From NCBI GenBank assembly GCA_012295275.1, contig CM022675.1, positions 16,306,001-16,370,000 on the forward strand: DNA of 64,000 nucleotides. Direction: 5' to 3'. A program made the position numbers and the translations under genes. Every line of letters starts with the position of its first letter. The stretch's first letter is position 1. The notes beneath the pieces are model-generated. The model was not told the DNA's origin and did no database searches. It saw only the letters and a list, made by a program, of their open reading frames with translations. Shown piece by piece: positions 1 to 55,621 of this stretch. Source of the stretch: Chrysomallon squamiferum (lineage: Eukaryota; Animalia; Mollusca).

Positions 1-629
1 TTTTTTTTTATTTAACACACACACACACACACACACGCACACAGACACTTATAGCAAACGCTCATTTGACTGATATGCCGTGCATATTCTAATTTGCATT
101 GGTAACTGAAATCTCAAAACTGTCACATCAAAAATTTAATTATTTTACAGTTATTATCAATCAATAAATAAATACTAGCCGAACCATGACATTGATACAT
201 AATTACATGGTTTCCTTACTGTCAGGAACGACAACTCTGTAGACACATTTAGTTTCGGCTCTCTAAGGTACTGCAAATTAAAATAAATTCAAATTGTAAC
301 TTATCGGTACTAAAATTTAATTATTATGAGGTTGTTCTGATTAACACATTATTTCTTCACTTATATTTCTGATAAAAACAAAAAAATTAAATAAATGTTC
401 TTAAAAAAATGAAAATAAATAAGTTTACAACCATTAAACATATTTTTAAATAGTTCTTTTAAAGACGCATTCAGTGTTTGTATAATCAATTATAAGCAAT
501 ATAATCACATCATGCAATACATTTTTTTTTTTTTTATCATTCACACACAATTTTGGTTGTTAATATTTAATGTAATTTTTTTTTTTTTCTTCAGTTTTTC
601 CTTTTTAATTTTTTTCTAATGTTTTATTG

Positions 630-790
630 CAACAGTTTTGTCTGCGCACAAAGATGATATTTATCATCATCCAGCGAACGAGGAAACGCCTGTTAGATTA
701 ATCTGCCTGCAGATCGCCATTGTCAACACTTAAATCTTTCAGACATGTCGCGTGAGTGGTGAGGCGCACAAACCTCACGTGACGTCATTT
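630..790. promoter_or_regulatory. CpG-retaining island with overlapping E-box and CRE
   Basis: GC/CpG-richer patch in AT-rich DNA. TCACGTGACGTCA at 775-787 combines TCACGTGA and TGACGTCA; another TGACGTCA lies near 1418. Confidence 0.3.
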
Positions 791-1708
791 TAAATAATTT
801 CAGTGGACATTTTACTTTTCTTTTTCAAAATTAATAACCTGCTACACGACACTCCTTAATATGAGCAATACGATAAAAATTTATATATTTGAAAAATAAA
901 TATCTGAATAAATGTATATTGTCCGTTTGTACACTATTTGTACATGAGTATGAACGTATGTACATGAGTATCTATATATATGTCTATAAGTACGTGTGTA
1001 TTCATATTTCTGTGTACGTTGTTATGCTTATATATATACATATGTATGTATGTTTGTATGAATGTATGTTTGTACGCACATATTATAATATATAATTTGA
1101 GCTAAGAATCCTTGAATTTAGATTATAAATCTTATGTTATTCGGTTATAATACCTATCTTAACAATTCATTGATACGCATTTCATGTTTATGATTTATAA
1201 TTGTCCGTAAATGTCTTTCATATATGGTGCCTTCTTTTGTTAATCACTATTCAGCATGTTACCAATATTCACTATTTCATGCATATTTCACTGAATTAAT
1301 GTATTAAATTTCAAAGCAATATTTTCTGGGGTACTTATACACGAGTAAGTAAGGTAAATGAAAAAACATATCTGAAATTTGTATTAGCTGAGTCATTAAG
1401 ACTGACAGGTTATGGTATGACGTCATCATATAGATTTCCACGTAAAGACAACATACAAATGGAAAATCCATTATATGTTTGTCTGTTGTATTTTTTTATG
1501 TTTAAACAATTACCTGTACTGTATTATAATAAACTATGAACCGGAAAGTTTAATTTTTTATATTACATGTGTAATTGCACGTACTTTTTAATTACTTTTT
1601 TTTGTTTTCTTCTTTTTCTTAAATTTATTTTTTAATTAATTTATATTTTGTAATTATTTTATTTTATTTTATTATTATTATTATTATTATTAATAGTAAT
1701 AGTAGTAA

Positions 1709-1766
<58 letters not shown>

Positions 1767-2213
1767 TACAGAAATCCCTCTAGATTATTTTTATGATGTT
1801 TAACTGAGAACGTAGGATCAAGGATAGCTCAATTGTACAAATAAATTATTATATCAATTTAAAATATTTTAACATACTTCATTATTTACATCTTTAAATT
1901 ATTAAACTATTTATTAATAATTTTAAAAATAAAAAATAAAATATTTTTCAGTGCCTGAAAAAATATCAGAAATGGTGAAATCCATTCTAAGTAAATTATA
2001 TTCCGGTGACATTTTCAACTAGACACCCATTTCAAGAATTATTTATTATTTTTTCCTTTTGATAAATTATTTGCCCGGGGCAGAGAAACTTTCATTTTGA
2101 AAACAGTTTCCTGCCGTGTATTTCAGTTTACTGCCAGTAATCAGCAAAGTCCAGTACAGTGAGTAACTTTATTATTGTAATCTGGTGTCTAGATAATATT
2201 ACTTTCTAATTGC

Positions 2214-2273
<60 letters not shown>

Positions 2274-2744
2274 TAATGATGATGATGATGAGAAGGCTGA
2301 TGACGATTATAATGATTAAAAAATACTACATCTACAGCATGTATTAGTACTACTGCTACTAATACTACTACAAATCTTAAAATAATAATACTGAAACTAA
2401 TCTTCTATTATTGCTGTTACCATTATTTGTGTTTTCAGCTGCTGCTGCTGCTACTACTACTACTTCTACTAATACTACTGCTATTAATACCAATACTACG
2501 ATTAGTGCCAAACTAATTAATATAGAAGAAGCTGCAGTATAAATGTAATAGTAATATTTTGAATATAGTAGTAGTATTAGTAAGAGCAGTATAGCAGTAG
2601 TAGTAATAATAATAGTAATATACTGCAGTAATAGTGGTAAAGCATAGTACAGTAGCAAAAATAGTAGTACACTAGTACAAAAGTTGTATAGTTTAACAGT
2701 AGCAGTAGTAATAGTAGTAATAGTAAGACTAGTAACGTAATAGC

Positions 2745-2776
<32 letters not shown>

Positions 2777-2976
2777 GAAAAGTAATAGTATTAATACTAG
2801 AAACCTAGCATCAGTAGTAAATATTTAGTACAACTAGTAACATAGTAGTAGTAGTAGTTGTAGCAGCAGAAGTAGTAGTAGTACAGTTGATAACAATAGT
2901 AACAAAGCAGCAGTAGTTGTAGTTGCACTGATAAGAGTAATAATAAAAAACAGTATTACTACTACTACCACTAATA

Positions 2977-3270
2977 CTATTGTCTGCTACTGCTACTATT
3001 ACAACTAGTACTATTGCTGCTACTGCTACTATTACAACTAGTACTATTGCTGCTACTGTTACTATTACAATTAGTACTATTGCTGCTACTGCTACTATTA
3101 CAATTAGTACTATTGCTGCTACTGCTACTATTACAACTAGTACTATTGCTGCTATTGCTACTATTACAACTAGTACTATTGCTGCTACTGCTACTATTAC
3201 AACTAGTACTATTGCTGCTTCTGCTATTACAATTAGTACTATTGCTGCTACTACTACTATTACTAACATT
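2977..3270. repeat. 33-bp minisatellite (actattgctgctactgctactattacaactagt) ~9 copies, within (TAG)/(ACT)-type simple repeats
   Basis: Direct reading; explains the repetitive ORFs at 2811-3406. Confidence 0.9.
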
Positions 3271-3750
3271 ACTTAATACGATTATCATCATAGTCATTAT
3301 TGTCGATGCTGATGTTGCTGCTACAGTTCCTATTTTTTTACAAGCAAGTTCGTCGTCTGCAACCGAGCTGACGTCTTCGCCTGTGTCTCTGGAGAGTTTG
3401 CTGTGACGTAGACTAAGATAAATTGAGGATTAGCTGCGACTAAAGGAGAAAACTCCAGACAGTACAAAATAGAAGAGCACGAACAAGAAAACACATGCAT
3501 ATGTCATGTTTACTTTTGTCTGCACATACAAGAACATGCAAATTACCAGTTTTTTGAAACCCTTGGTTCTAAAGCCTTTCCGGATTATCCGTTTTTCACC
3601 GGACTCAGCCGAACAAACACCCGCTGTGTACTTACCATACACTGGCAAACCATAAATTTAACAAATGTCAAATGTAAATTAAGTGGTTAAATGTAACATA
3701 TTTGTAAATGTTTACGCTTTTATTAACACTATCTGCATCTAATTATAACC

Positions 3751-3812
<62 letters not shown>

Positions 3813-4327
3813 AGGAAAAGAGAAGCTGATAAAATAGACTTTTTTTCTTCATTGTGACACATTTTATAAAATCTACAACTATTAACACTACTATCACTAC
3901 TACTACTAAAACTGCTGCTATTGCTACTACTACTTCTACTAATGATGATGCTGATGATGAAGATGATGATGACAGGTTTTGTTGTTTGGAGTGTTGTTAA
4001 TATTTCGCAAAGAACTGGTCATGTTATTTTTATTTAGTTTCTTAAAAATAATAAAATCACCTTTTCGAATAATTTTTTTAAACAAAAAGAAATTGAAATG
4101 GTATATATTATTTATTATATTTATTCACCAAACAAAAGATGTAGAGTTTAAAACTTCATTTTTCTGATATTAATGTCGACGCCCTTTAATTCAAGATAAA
4201 GAAACGCTTAGTGTTTTATAGTGGTTGTTAGATACTTAGATACCTGCTCCCCGCGACTTACAGCTCAGTGCACGAGAAGTTTTATTATCACTGTTTATGA
4301 CATTTTACTCTTTGTCGTAATTTTCAG

Positions 4328-6377
4328 ATGGCGAACAACAAAAGACTTCCTGTAGTTTTCATTTTAGTTTTCTTTCTTCTTTCTGGTGAGTTCTTATCTT
4401 CGTTTCACTTCGCAAACAAAAACAAACATTTTTAGTTTCATTTTTATTTTTTTTATTATTATTATTATTATGTTTAAAACCGGATTTTGACTTAGAAAAG
4501 ACAAAGAGAGTGAACAAAGGAGGTGTTTGAGTAAGTTAAGTAAAACACAAAGTGACTAAAACTCAAAATGGCTTTCGTAGCGTCCTCTTTAGCAGCTGTC
4601 TCTTTCATTGCGTTCATAAACAGAGACCAGATTTTCAAAGATCGTAAGTTCCAAAAATAATTTATCACCATAATTCTTTCTTTCTTTCTTTCTTTCTTTT
4701 TTTATTTATTTATTTTTCTTCGATATTTTAGTTTATGTATATAAATTTCTTTTCAGAGGAAGACCTTATTGTTTGTTATTTGTTATTTATTTATTTATTT
4801 ATTTCAGTCTTTTTTTTCTTTTTCTTTTTTTCAGTTGCATTTTCTTTCTTTTATAATTATTTATGTATCTGTGTTTTTATTTGTGCATACGTTATATACC
4901 TTACGCTGTTAATAGTGGCAGTTTCTACTTACTTTATTAATTTCAGTATCTTAGAACCTGCCACTTTCTCTGGGGTTGTTTGCAGGGTGGAGATAAAGCT
5001 GTGTTTTTATATTTGCGAAATAATTTCTTCTTTTTCTCTAGCTTTTTTTACCCTTGTTCGTACTTTATTATATTTTGTTTATTTCTTTTCTTGTGTATGT
5101 GTGTGTGTGTATATATACGACGTCACTTTTAATTATTTTTATTTATATTACAAATGTAGACAGTTTTTATTATTTATATTACATAGGTAGACAGATATTT
5201 CTGATTTATATAGACATCTTTCGCGGATTTAACTGTATATTTTTTATTTGACTTTATGGGGGAGTATTTCGATCTAAACAATATTAGTGTCACAGTTTTA
5301 GTGGATATTTTCAATTTAACAAGTAAAATAACTTTTTTTTTTTTTTTTTTGAATACATACAAAATCTTATAATCAACACTATATTATAGCTCTTCACGGA
5401 TATTTTCAAGTTAGCGTTTAGATTATAGGCCTACGTATTTCTAAATCAGCTGTTCAAGGTTTATGTTACAGCTATAGATTGTTATTTCCAGTTTAACAAT
5501 ACAAATTATGTTTGGGCTTAAGACTCAGATTTCCGATTAAACGGTAAAATGTTTACGTTGTAAACTATACATGAATATGTCCTCTATAACCTACACTATC
5601 GATGTTACAGCTGTAGACTGTTACTTCCGCTTTAACTTCACAATGTTCACGTTACAAGTATAGATTCTATAGCTAGGTATTTCGAAGGTAACAGTATATA
5701 TTACAACTAGAAAGATATTTCCATTGTGACTGTACAATGCTTTTGTTACAAAGGTAGACGGGTACTTCTAGTGTAACTGAACAGTGTTTTTGTTACAGGG
5801 GTAGACGTTTATTTCTAGTGTAACTGTAGATGTTTTTGTTACAGAGGTAGACGTGTATTTCTAGTGTAACTGCAGATGTTTTTGTTACAGAGGTAGACGT
5901 GTATTTCTAGTGTAACTGTAGATGTTTTTGTTACAGAGGTAGACGTGTATTTCTAGTGTAACTGTAGATGTTTTTGTTACAGAGGTAGACGTGTATTTCT
6001 AGTGTAACTGCAGATGTTTTTGTTACAGAGGTAGACGTGTATTTCTAGTGTAACTGTAGATGTTTTTGTTACAGAGGTAGACGTGTATTTCTAGTGTAAC
6101 TGTAGATGTTTTGTTACAGCTGTAGACGTATATTTCTAGTGTAACTGTAGATGTTTTGTTACAGCTGTAGACGGGTATTTCGACTGTCGACGTCAGGGTA
6201 TGTCATGCGTTGCTGGGGGCTGTAATTTGATTGATGGAAACTGTGTGTGTCCGCCGGGGGTGAACGGTACAGACTGCAGCTACCAGGCGAGTAAGTACAC
6301 CACTTCCTCAATTCAGTAGAAACAGATAGATACAGATATATTGTTTTTTCTCTTCTATTTTCTTTTGTTATATTTTA

Positions 6378-6408
<31 letters not shown>

Positions 6409-9400
6409 TTCTTCTGCTAATCTAGTTACTTACGTAAAAAATAAGTTAAAAGAACATTTTTTCTTAGTGTAGCTTTAGATAAACGAAAATAGTAAAGAGA
6501 CAACCATTTATTTGGACTGTTTGCTATCTTAATGGTTATTTGTTTTTACAGGTTCTGTCAGTGATACTGCGTGCATGCCTCGTTGTGAAAATGGCGGGTC
6601 TTGTCTCGCGGAATCGACGGGTAGCCGATGTTATTGCCCTGAAATGTACACGGGAGAACTGTGTGAAAAAAGACGAGGTACTCGTTGTTTGTCCGAAAAG
6701 TCGTGTATTCAGTACAGAGTACAGTCGTGTAGATATTTTTTTTTATATAAAAGTCATTTGGAGATTTCTGTGTAATGAATTGTTTTATGACTGTTGTCAG
6801 TCAAAATACAGTGAACATTCAGTGAGCCGCAGATAACACCTGCAAAGTTATTTAATATTATTTTTAAAAATGTATCTTTTATCCGAATGTCTTTATCATT
6901 TTTATGTTGCTAGCTATGGTGGTGTGCAGTGGTACGACAATGACGATCACAGTCACGCCGTTCTCTGGTTTCAAGGGAATCGTCTACGTGAACGAACATC
7001 AAAACGACGACAACTGCACTTTCAACAAACTTGGAAGAGGAAATGGTACCTATTACGAAAATACGTTCGACTTGGAAACAGGTTGTGGCGCTTTACAAAG
7101 AAATAATACACCAGAGGTAATTACACGATATACGATTTGATATATAAACTCTGCTCATTAATATAATGCAGCAAATAAACCAATCAAAACATATATTACT
7201 TCTTTATTAAAATAGCAGTTTTTGCTTCACTAAAGAACATTATAATCTACAGGCCTAAATTAAATTAGAATTTAATGGGCCAACATTCTTGTTTTCAGTC
7301 ATTCACTTGAATTTAATTTCTATTCTCACGTACGAATGAAACAGATTTATGTTTATCGTTACAGGAAGGGGACGTTACTTTCGAAAGGGAGATAATCATT
7401 CAGTACAACCCCGACATGCACACTGCACTAGACCAGTTTCTCAACGTCTCCTGCATTCACAAAAACGTCAACATCACCACGCTCAGCAGCAACGTGGGAA
7501 ATCTTCTCATCGAACACAGGTCAGAATATTAACTGTTACTATTTTTGTTGATGGTGTCGTCGATGGTGCTACTGTCGTTTAGTTGTTGCTATTCTTAATA
7601 TTATTATTACAGCTGTTTTTTTTGTTGTCATCGTTGTCGTTGTTCCAGTCATTGTTGTTGTTGTTATTGTTACTATAATTATGTGTTGTTGTGTGTATTT
7701 TAAGTTGTTTTGTTGTTGTTTGATTTTTTTTGTTACTGTTATTGTTATTATTATTGCTGTTATATTGTTTACATTATTGTTACCATTATTATCATCATCA
7801 CTATCATCACCAGCAGCATCGTTATCATCATTATTATTATCATTATCAATATCATTATTATTATCATTACCATTATTATCATCATCGTAATTATAATTTG
7901 ATTAATGTTGCTGTTGTTGTGGTTGTTGTTATTATTATTATTGTTGTTGTTACAGAGGTAATCTAACTAAAGATGACACAGAGTCGGTGTTTACACCTGT
8001 CAAACTAGAAATACAAACGCGTACAGGTGAGAAAGTGCGCGGGCCTGTTTACGTGGGACGCCCACTCCGTCTGTACTTTTACCTGGCCGACCTCTCAGGT
8101 AAACATTTCTAAAAATAACTTTGCCATATTATTTGTTAAATAAATATTTCCAGTTTAATGGTCTAATACTTATGGTACAACCATGTTCGGGTACTGTATT
8201 ATATTACACAATTTCATAATTTTTAACTAACCAAATCTTTTACTATGTTAGCCAGAGTAGTTAAATTGTTAAATGGTTTCTAGAAATATTAGTAGTAAAA
8301 ATTTGAGAACATATTTGTCTTGATTATTAGCCAAAACCTTTCTTAGTCAGAACTGTGTTGGCTTTAATATATCATAATTAAATGGATTCTGATAGTAATA
8401 CAAATCTGAAAACATTTTGTCAGCTTAGCCAAAACCCAGAAAGTTGGTCATATCGTGGCCATAACAAGTAATGTTTTGTTCAGTTTTAGGCAAATGTTAC
8501 AACACCAGGAAGCAGTTTGTCTTAATATAGAAAATTTGACCAAAACTTACAAATTCGACCAAGAATTAGAAAATGTAACAATATTTGAGATACTAAGTCA
8601 GACTTTAGAAAGGGTTTTGTCATAAATTATCTTACTCCCAGAAACTGTTTCTTACTGATGTAAATATTATTGTTTTGTTTACAATGGTTACCAAATAATG
8701 GTGAATTACAAATGTCGAATTTATAATATGTAATCTTGTTCTTTACAACGATGAAGATTGTTTACAAATAAAATATAAAAATATTTTTCAGTTTACGACA
8801 ATCTCAGAGTGGAAGAATGTGTCGCAACGAACGGACGTAAACAATCCTACGAAAAAAGCGAAACTCTGATTAAATCAAGGTAAATACTTCACTTAATTCT
8901 AATCATGTAGTTTAACTGATTGTAATATTTATTTTATTATTGCACGACATTTTAATTTCATTTATAATAGCACTGATGACAGGCTCTTAATAAACACTAA
9001 TATTCATGACAGATCAAATTTATTTGACTTAAGGCAATGCCAAAATACGGATTTCAGTCTCAAAACCGTCGTCCTCAAAATTGTTTTCTTTTTAACGAAA
9101 CTCAGTTAATTACATGCACTAAAATGGTTTTCGAAAATTACAGTTCATGGAAAGCACAACTACAAGCAACACAAACAAGTTTCAGTTAGAAAACATTCTT
9201 TTAAAGTGCAGTTAGAAATATTTCAGAGTTCTGTTTTGTCAGGAATTTAGATTAACGGGTAGCATTTGTCCAGCTGTATTTTGTCTTGTGGGTTTTGTCT
9301 AGGAATTTTGTGTGTGGGGTTCTGTTTGGGCGGAGTTTTGTTTCTATTAAATGGTATTTCATATGCGCCAAATCATAGGCAGGACACTATCTACCACGGA

Positions 9401-9572
9401 CTTTGAAAAACCAGTCACAGAACACTAATCCTTTAATCCTCATTATTTAAATTCGTGATTAAGATTTACTTCAGTCACAATTCGCAGCATTATCTGATGT
9501 CAAATACTAACTGACTGTCATAGAATACAGATTAAAAACTATATTTATCTGTATCTTACAAATATTAATGAT

Positions 9573-9656
<84 letters not shown>

Positions 9657-10849
9657 TATTTTGTATTCATTGTTCTCTCAGCTGCTGTTTGCCAACAGCA
9701 TATCAAATCGTGCGAGGCGAGATGGAACAGGATGAAAAGAATGGAGTTATTCTCAACTTTGACGTGTTTAAGTTTGTTGACTCTAACATTATCCAGTTTC
9801 AATGTAATGTTCGAGTTTGTAAACCTGGAGACAGCCTGTGTAATCCGGTAAGTATAGATTTACCTACACTACGACAATAACAACAACGTCATTACTAATA
9901 CAAACACACTCACACACAAATATATAATCAATTTAAACAGACGTGCATATATACACTGAAATATAAACAATTCGAAAGTGTAATAATAAAATAAAGAAAC
10001 TTTTAGAAAAAAAAAGCTACTTTCTAGAAAAGAAATTAAAAACTTGAAATAGACTGCATTTTTGTTTCGTTATTACCTGCACTTATTCATTTAACTCAAT
10101 AACCTTTGATATACATACTTATATCAAATATTATTATTATTACATAAAATATTATTTAAGTAAATTAATTTGACAGTTATTTCCTGTATCGTTTCAAACT
10201 CTTTCTTTGATGCACGTTACAGAAATTTAATAGTTTACAAGCTATAGATTTCTGTGTTCCATGTTTTCGTTTTATCATAGAAAAACTGCCAGGGAGAACT
10301 AAACGGATACGGACGACGCAAGCGTGAATCGTCGTCTACTGCAGACGATCAGGTGACGGTCACAGACAGACTCTACGTCACTGACCTAGTTGCTGGCCAA
10401 TCAGCTGTTCCTGGTAAAATAATAAACACACTTTTGAAAATAATAAATAAATAAAATTATGAAGAAGAAGAAGAAGAAGATAAATAAAAAATAAATAAAT
10501 TACTTAATTAATTAATAATAATAATTAAGTGAATGATTTAACATGTGCATACACACACGTATGTTCGCTAAACCTATCTAATAATCTATTTAATTTTATT
10601 TCAGTTTCTACGCCGAAAGCACACGAATGTCTGCAGTTATCTGAAATCCTGAATGCCATCATTATTTTATGTTGCGCTGTGTTTATCCTCATGCTCGCCT
10701 GCTGCATTCTCACAGTCTGCGTCTTCAGAATCAAAAGACAATCAAAAACGAAATTAGCGATGAAAAACTCACAAACAGAAGTATCGTCAACGATCACTTC
10801 CGGAAGCTCAGAACGCATGCGCATTCCAAGAATCAGATCAATATACTGA
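4328..10849 (+). CDS. EGF-like + zona pellucida (ZP) domain type I membrane protein (EGF-ZP, molluscan shell-matrix EGF-like domain-containing protein-like), 10 coding exons, ~480 aa
   Basis: Exons 4328-4385, 6165-6290, 6552-6677, 6914-7116, 7365-7519, 7956-8098, 8792-8879, 9682-9847, 10281-10413 and 10605-10849 join with GT-AG and consistent phases (1443 nt). The translation gives signal peptide MANNKRLPVVFILVFFLLSA, EGF1 (YFDCRRQGMSCVAGGCNLIDGNCVCPPGVNGTDC), EGF2 (CMPRCENGGSC...CYCPEMYTGELC), a ZP module (VVCSGTTM...FKFVDSNIIQFQCNVRVC), furin site RRKR, TM helix ILNAIIILCCAVFILMLACCILTVCVF and a short tail ending MRIPRIRSIY. The family call is from recalled architecture, not a search. Confidence 0.9.
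5740..6181 (+). repeat. 45-46 bp tandem array containing the 3' splice site and first ~17 nt of EGF-ZP exon 2
   Basis: Unit gtgtaactgtagatgtttttgttacag|aggtagacgtgtatttcta. AG ends at 5844, 5890, 5936, 5982, 6028, 6074, 6119 and 6164 (functional). Degenerate copies extend back to ~5455. Confidence 0.92.
9576..9652. repeat. (GA)n microsatellite
   Basis: Direct reading. Confidence 0.95.
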
Positions 10850-12619
10850 GATGAAAGCTGACTGCATACTTAAAGTTTACTGTTTGTTAGTCCCGACACT
10901 GCTCATATCATATGCATTCGTACTCATACGAGCGGGGTAGGGTGGGGTGATGGTTTTTATAAAAACGACGAATATTCATTTATAAACAAAGTATTAATCA
11001 TCTATTATATATTTGTTCAGTACATAATTATAATTAGCTATAATCTTACAAATAAATGTTATAGAAGTCAATCAACTAGGTCTTACACACTAGAATCTTT
11101 TAGCCCGTTTCTCTCTTGTTAAGAGATTTTATGTTTGATGATAGTCATTTCTGTCTCTCTGTGCATGGGCGTAGCTAGGGGAAACAATTAAATATGAACC
11201 CACAAAGATAATAATAAATAAATAAATAAATAATAATAAAATAATAATAATAAAATATTTAAATACTCTCTTTGTATTTAAATACTACAATGTAAATAAA
11301 CCATTTGTAATCATCAGTTATTGTTATTTGTCTGAAAATGATAACAAAATTCAATAAAATAAGTTTTCTACTTTTTGTATATATATATATATATATATAT
11401 ACACCCACTCACGTTTTCTCATACCTATTTACATATATATATATACACACATGCATACACACAGAGAGAAACAAACAAGAAAAATAAATACATTAGGAAT
11501 CCATCACCGTCTCCATTCTATGTTGCAACAGATCTGTTTTATACATCCAAACTGACTGGAGACGGGCACATTAAATAAACATTAAATATTTTTATTACAA
11601 TACTGAAAAGAATACACACACACACACACACACATATGTATTTACAATGTTATCGTGCGAATATAAATATGTGTGTGTGTGTGTGTAAAATATACAACAC
11701 ATTAAGTTAATTAAAAAGAATTGATTTAATTGAAATCTTGAATGTTCTACCTTATTTTATTTATTTAGTTTTATTTTTCTTTGTTATTTGTTATTTTTAT
11801 TTATTTTTATTTTATAATGTTTTTTTTTTTTTTTTCAAAGAAAAACATCAATTATAGTTTGATTTATTACTTGCAGTGTACTCACTCGCACTGACTGTCG
11901 ATCTGGTTAAACGAAACATCTACAACATGCGGCTCTCCTTACTTCAGGCCGAAAATGATTTTATATATGTGAGCTTATTCATGTTTATAGGTGTAGAGCG
12001 TGTACGTGTGTGTACGTGTGTGTGTCTGTGTGTGTGTGTTTGTGTACGTACGTACTATGTATGCATATATGTATGTTTGTATGTATCTATGTGTATGTGT
12101 ATATGTATATGTATACACACACACACACACACATCTAGAAAAAAAACACCCGGTACAAGATAGTAAAGCTAAAGGAAACAAAGCAATATGTGTTACAATT
12201 AAATCTACTCGAATGCTGAGAGATTATTATTTTAATTACAATACACACATATATACACATATATACACACATATATACACATATACATATGCACACATAC
12301 ATACACATATGTATGTATGTAAGTGTGTATGTGTGTTTATATACATATACACACACACACACACGCTTATATATATATATATATATGCAGGTATATAATT
12401 ATTTACTATTATGTTTTTTAACATCATTTAAAACTAAACACAAGAAATATCGCAGTAGATCCATGGCAAAATTTAATGTGAAATAAAATTTAATAATGAT
12501 ATTTTCTAAACATTTGTTCTAAATCAGCTGTCTGTAGTGTTTAAATGTAAACACTTGACATGCAAGGACATGTTTTGATAAAGATGTAAAACAGAAATTA
12601 ACTGGACTTTGTTTATGTG

Positions 12620-12640
12620 TTCCGCCATTTTGTTCAGTTG
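12620..12640 (+). promoter_or_regulatory. Core promoter-like motifs of the lectin receptor (YY1-type CCGCCATTTT and initiator-like TCAGTT)
   Basis: CCGCCATTTT at 12622-12631 followed by TTCAGTT, about 75 nt upstream of ATG 12710. Confidence 0.4.
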
Positions 12641-12709
12641 TCCTCTGTAATTAGAGAAGTTCCGCTGTTGTAAGATTTAACAAGGCGGTTTCGCATTTCC
12701 AAAACTAAA

Positions 12710-55052
<42,343 letters not shown>

Positions 55053-55577
55053 TTTAAATCTCAACATTTTCAACTACAACGGTGTCTGAACTGTTGATGA
55101 TACAGCTGTTGTTAAAAATCAAAATAATTAGACATTTCCAACTCTAACTGTCCTTTGTTTGTTTTAAATTAAGTTTTTCTGGTTTTAAATGTTGTTTTGT
55201 ATTAAATGTATTTTATGTTAAATGTCCTTTGTTTTCTTGTTTAAAATATCCTTTCTTCAGTTTTTTCTTTAAATATCCTTTGATTTCTTTTCTTTTTAAA
55301 TTGTTATGTTTAAAATATCATTTGTTTAGATTTGTTTTAAATATTCTTTCTTTTGTTTTGTTTTCAGTCTATTTATTTAGATTTTACAATTTGTTGTTTC
55401 TATAAACTGCCCCTTCACTGAACTGTGTTAAAGGGATATAATAAATAAAAAAATTCATTATCAATCACTTCATTTCAGTAACAAAATTATTAACCAAAAT
55501 GTTAATTAGGTTTCTTAACAGAAGTAAAATGAATAAAATTTAATATAATCATACAAGAAATATAAAGTTTTATGTTT

Positions 55578-55621
<44 letters not shown>

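Noticed and set aside
2377-3406. ORFs such as ATATITTSTIA repeats and poly-Leu/Val/Ser
   Set aside because: They are translations of a 33-bp minisatellite and trinucleotide tracts open on both strands, with no splice support.
3338-3690. GC-richer patch with short ORFs on both strands and a minus-strand GTAAGT
   Set aside because: No recognisable protein motif or joinable exon; at most regulatory.
7681-7966. His/Tyr-, Ile- and Ser/Leu-rich ORFs
   Set aside because: Intronic (ATT/ATC/GTT)n simple repeats between ZP exons.
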